Shown: piece after piece, positions 30,754 to 32,000 of the stretch
How the letters are laid out: each line of letters opens with the position of its first letter
Numbering within the stretch: the stretch's first letter is position 1
Assembly (NCBI RefSeq): GCF_009831105.1
Contig: NZ_WUUQ01000001.1
Span: 570,001 to 602,000 of the forward strand
DNA length: 32,000 nt
Direction of reading: 5' to 3'
DNA from: Copranaerobaculum intestinale
GTDB taxonomy: Bacteria > Bacillota_I > Bacilli_A > Erysipelotrichales > Erysipelotrichaceae
The notes under the pieces: model-generated
What the model saw: the letters and a program-made list of their open reading frames with translations, nothing else
What the model was told of the DNA's origin: nothing
Database searches by the model: none
Made by a program: the position numbers and the translations under genes

Positions 30754-32000
30754 TCCACCTCATTTCTCTGCACGGGCGGTCTGGTATCAAAAGCGTGTAG
30801 CAGTTCTTCAAAGACTGGGTGTATCTGCACCACGCCGACACGCCCGTATAAGTCCTGCAATAAACATTGTCCGTTTTCCAAATCACGAAGCCGTTTCTGG
30901 TTGTTCTCGTCGTCCTTGTCGATACCAAAAAACTCTAAGGTCTGTTTTATCTCGTTAATGTCAGTAGAACGAAAGGCAAACTTCAAGCCGATATTGTTTT
31001 TCAGACTTTCCTTTGAAACATCATAGGCAGACTGGGTAACAAAATAAACGCCTGCCTGCATAGCTCGTCCAGCACGAACCAGCTTGTTAGAGAGCGTTTC
31101 TCCTTGTGCCACATTTAAGAACGCCCACGCTTCGTCAAGGTCTACAATCTTAAAAATACTTCTGTCCGAATGGATAAAATCAAGGGCAAAGGTACTAATC
31201 ACAATCAGCATAGAAACCGATAATAATTCAATGGTCGTGTATTCCTCAAAAGTGGTATCTTTATCTGGCAGTACAAGGTCAGCTACTTGAATGATGTTGA
31301 GCTGGTTATCCAGACTGATAGCATTTTCTACCGTCCCGTCTGAAAACAGCAGATGTGCAAAGTCGTAGTCCGTGAAGCTGTCGATATGGTCTGCGATATT
31401 TCTTGATATGGGCGTATCTTCACGGCGTAGCTCGTCTATCACATGGAGCAAGCCCCGACTGTTGCTCTGGGTAACGGAGCGTACCGCTTTACGAAGTACG
31501 GGGAATTTTTCGCCGTCCCTAGAGGAAATACCCGTAAGGAATGTTAAGATGTCGATTGCCAGACTTTCAGCGTCTTTTACATTCTTCATAATCACGAATG
31601 GGTCAAGAAGTCCTGCATTTCCTTTATCGCTGGTTAAGTTTACGATATTGATTTCATGTGCGATTTCTGGAAGTGTTTCCTTCCAGTTGCCACGCTCTGA
31701 TTTTGGGTCTAAGATAACCGCCTGTCCCCCAAAGAGAACCGAATAATACACCAGAAGATTGTTACAGAACGACTTTCCACCGCCAAGCGAACCGACAAAA
31801 GCAGACGCAAGGGCGTTGGTAACTGTACCTTTTATACCTTGACTGGCAAGGGACGGTTGCAGGTACACATTTCTTCCCGTATCAACGGAATAGCCCATAT
31901 AGATACCCGTAGTTTCTCCTAACTGCTGTGTCGCACCAAAGCCAAGCCCAGCTAAAAAATCTGATTTTACATACTGCACATAATCATTGATATATCGCTT
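30750..32000 (-). CDS. Tn916 Orf16-like VirB4-family conjugation ATPase, C-terminal part; the N-terminus is beyond the window
   Basis: Walker A GSLGGGKS, Walker B IVDLDEAW. The frame stays open to base 32000 (KRYINDYVQYVKSDF...), so the GTG at 31979 in the ORF track is internal. Confidence 0.9.
   Translation of the reverse strand, partial: KRYINDYVQYVKSDFLAGLGFGATQQLGETTGIYMGYSVDTGRNVYLQPSLASQGIKGTVTNALASAFVGSLGGGKSFCNNLLVYYSVLFGGQAVILDPKSERGNWKETLPEIAHEINIVNLTSDKGNAGLLDPFVIMKNVKDAESLAIDILTFLTGISSRDGEKFPVLRKAVRSVTQSNSRGLLHVIDELRREDTPISRNIADHIDSFTDYDFAHLLFSDGTVENAISLDNQLNIIQVADLVLPDKDTTFEEYTTIELLSVSMLIVISTFALDFIHSDRSIFKIVDLDEAWAFLNVAQGETLSNKLVRAGRAMQAGVYFVTQSAYDVSKESLKNNIGLKFAFRSTDINEIKQTLEFFGIDKDDENNQKRLRDLENGQCLLQDLYGRVGVVQIHPVFEELLHAFDTRPPVQRNEVE

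Larger units (their letters stand above)
16618..32000. mobile_element. Tn916-family ICE, int-proximal arm; it continues beyond the window end
   Basis: The gene order is collinear with Tn916 (orf16-15-14-13, cargo, orf9, orf7, orf8, xis, int). It is adjacent to a tRNA 3' end and visibly more AT-rich than the chromosome. The exact left boundary within 16618-16825 is not determinable from this window. Confidence 0.8.

Noticed and set aside
1-32000. Search for CRISPR arrays, rRNA genes, group II introns, retron or DGR signatures and IS elements with transposase genes
   Set aside because: I saw no spaced direct repeats, no rRNA-like segments, no reverse-transcriptase or transposase ORFs, and no intron 5' GUGYG / domain V-like motifs. 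The only transposon trace is the Tn917 end at 21302-21372.

Overview
The window has two parts. Bases 1 to about 16617 are ordinary low-GC Firmicutes chromosome. They carry two TagB/TagF teichoic-acid paralogues, a CotJC/Mn-catalase-like protein and a nucleoside hydrolase. Next come a MacB-type ABC exporter with a 1087-aa double-FtsX permease, a MATE plus ECF-S pair, a DMT transporter and an aquaporin. These are followed by tRNA-Ser(CGA), a GNAT, MreB and an MBL hydrolase. The chromosomal part ends with a translationally coupled YcaQ/AlkZ-type glycosylase plus Ogt pair, tRNA-Arg(CCG), an orphan tRNA 5' half and tRNA-Arg(CCT). From about 16618 to the window end lies one arm of a Tn916-family integrative conjugative element (ICE) sitting beside tRNA-Arg(CCT). 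On the minus strand it reads orf16(VirB4)-orf15-orf14-orf13, cargo, [orf9-like on plus], orf7-like sigma, orf8-like HTH, xis, and a 481-aa non-Tn916 tyrosine integrase. Two things make the ICE unusual. (1) The slot where Tn916 carries tet(M) holds a self-contained GntR(YtrA)-ABC ATPase-ABC-2 permease-zinc-ribbon operon of unknown function, plus a cysteine-rich KTR protein. (2) A 3.4-kb mosaic from Inc18 plasmids (pSM19035/pAMbeta1 type) is inserted in the ICE regulatory region between orf9 and orf7. That mosaic comprises omega, epsilon, a zeta toxin cut to 52 codons, a truncated P-loop ORF, leaderless erm(B), a Tn917 terminal repeat, a topoisomerase 3' fragment and delta (ParA) with its nine omega-binding heptads. 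No CRISPR array or rRNA gene was seen. All calls come from reading the sequence and recalling protein families; no database search was possible.
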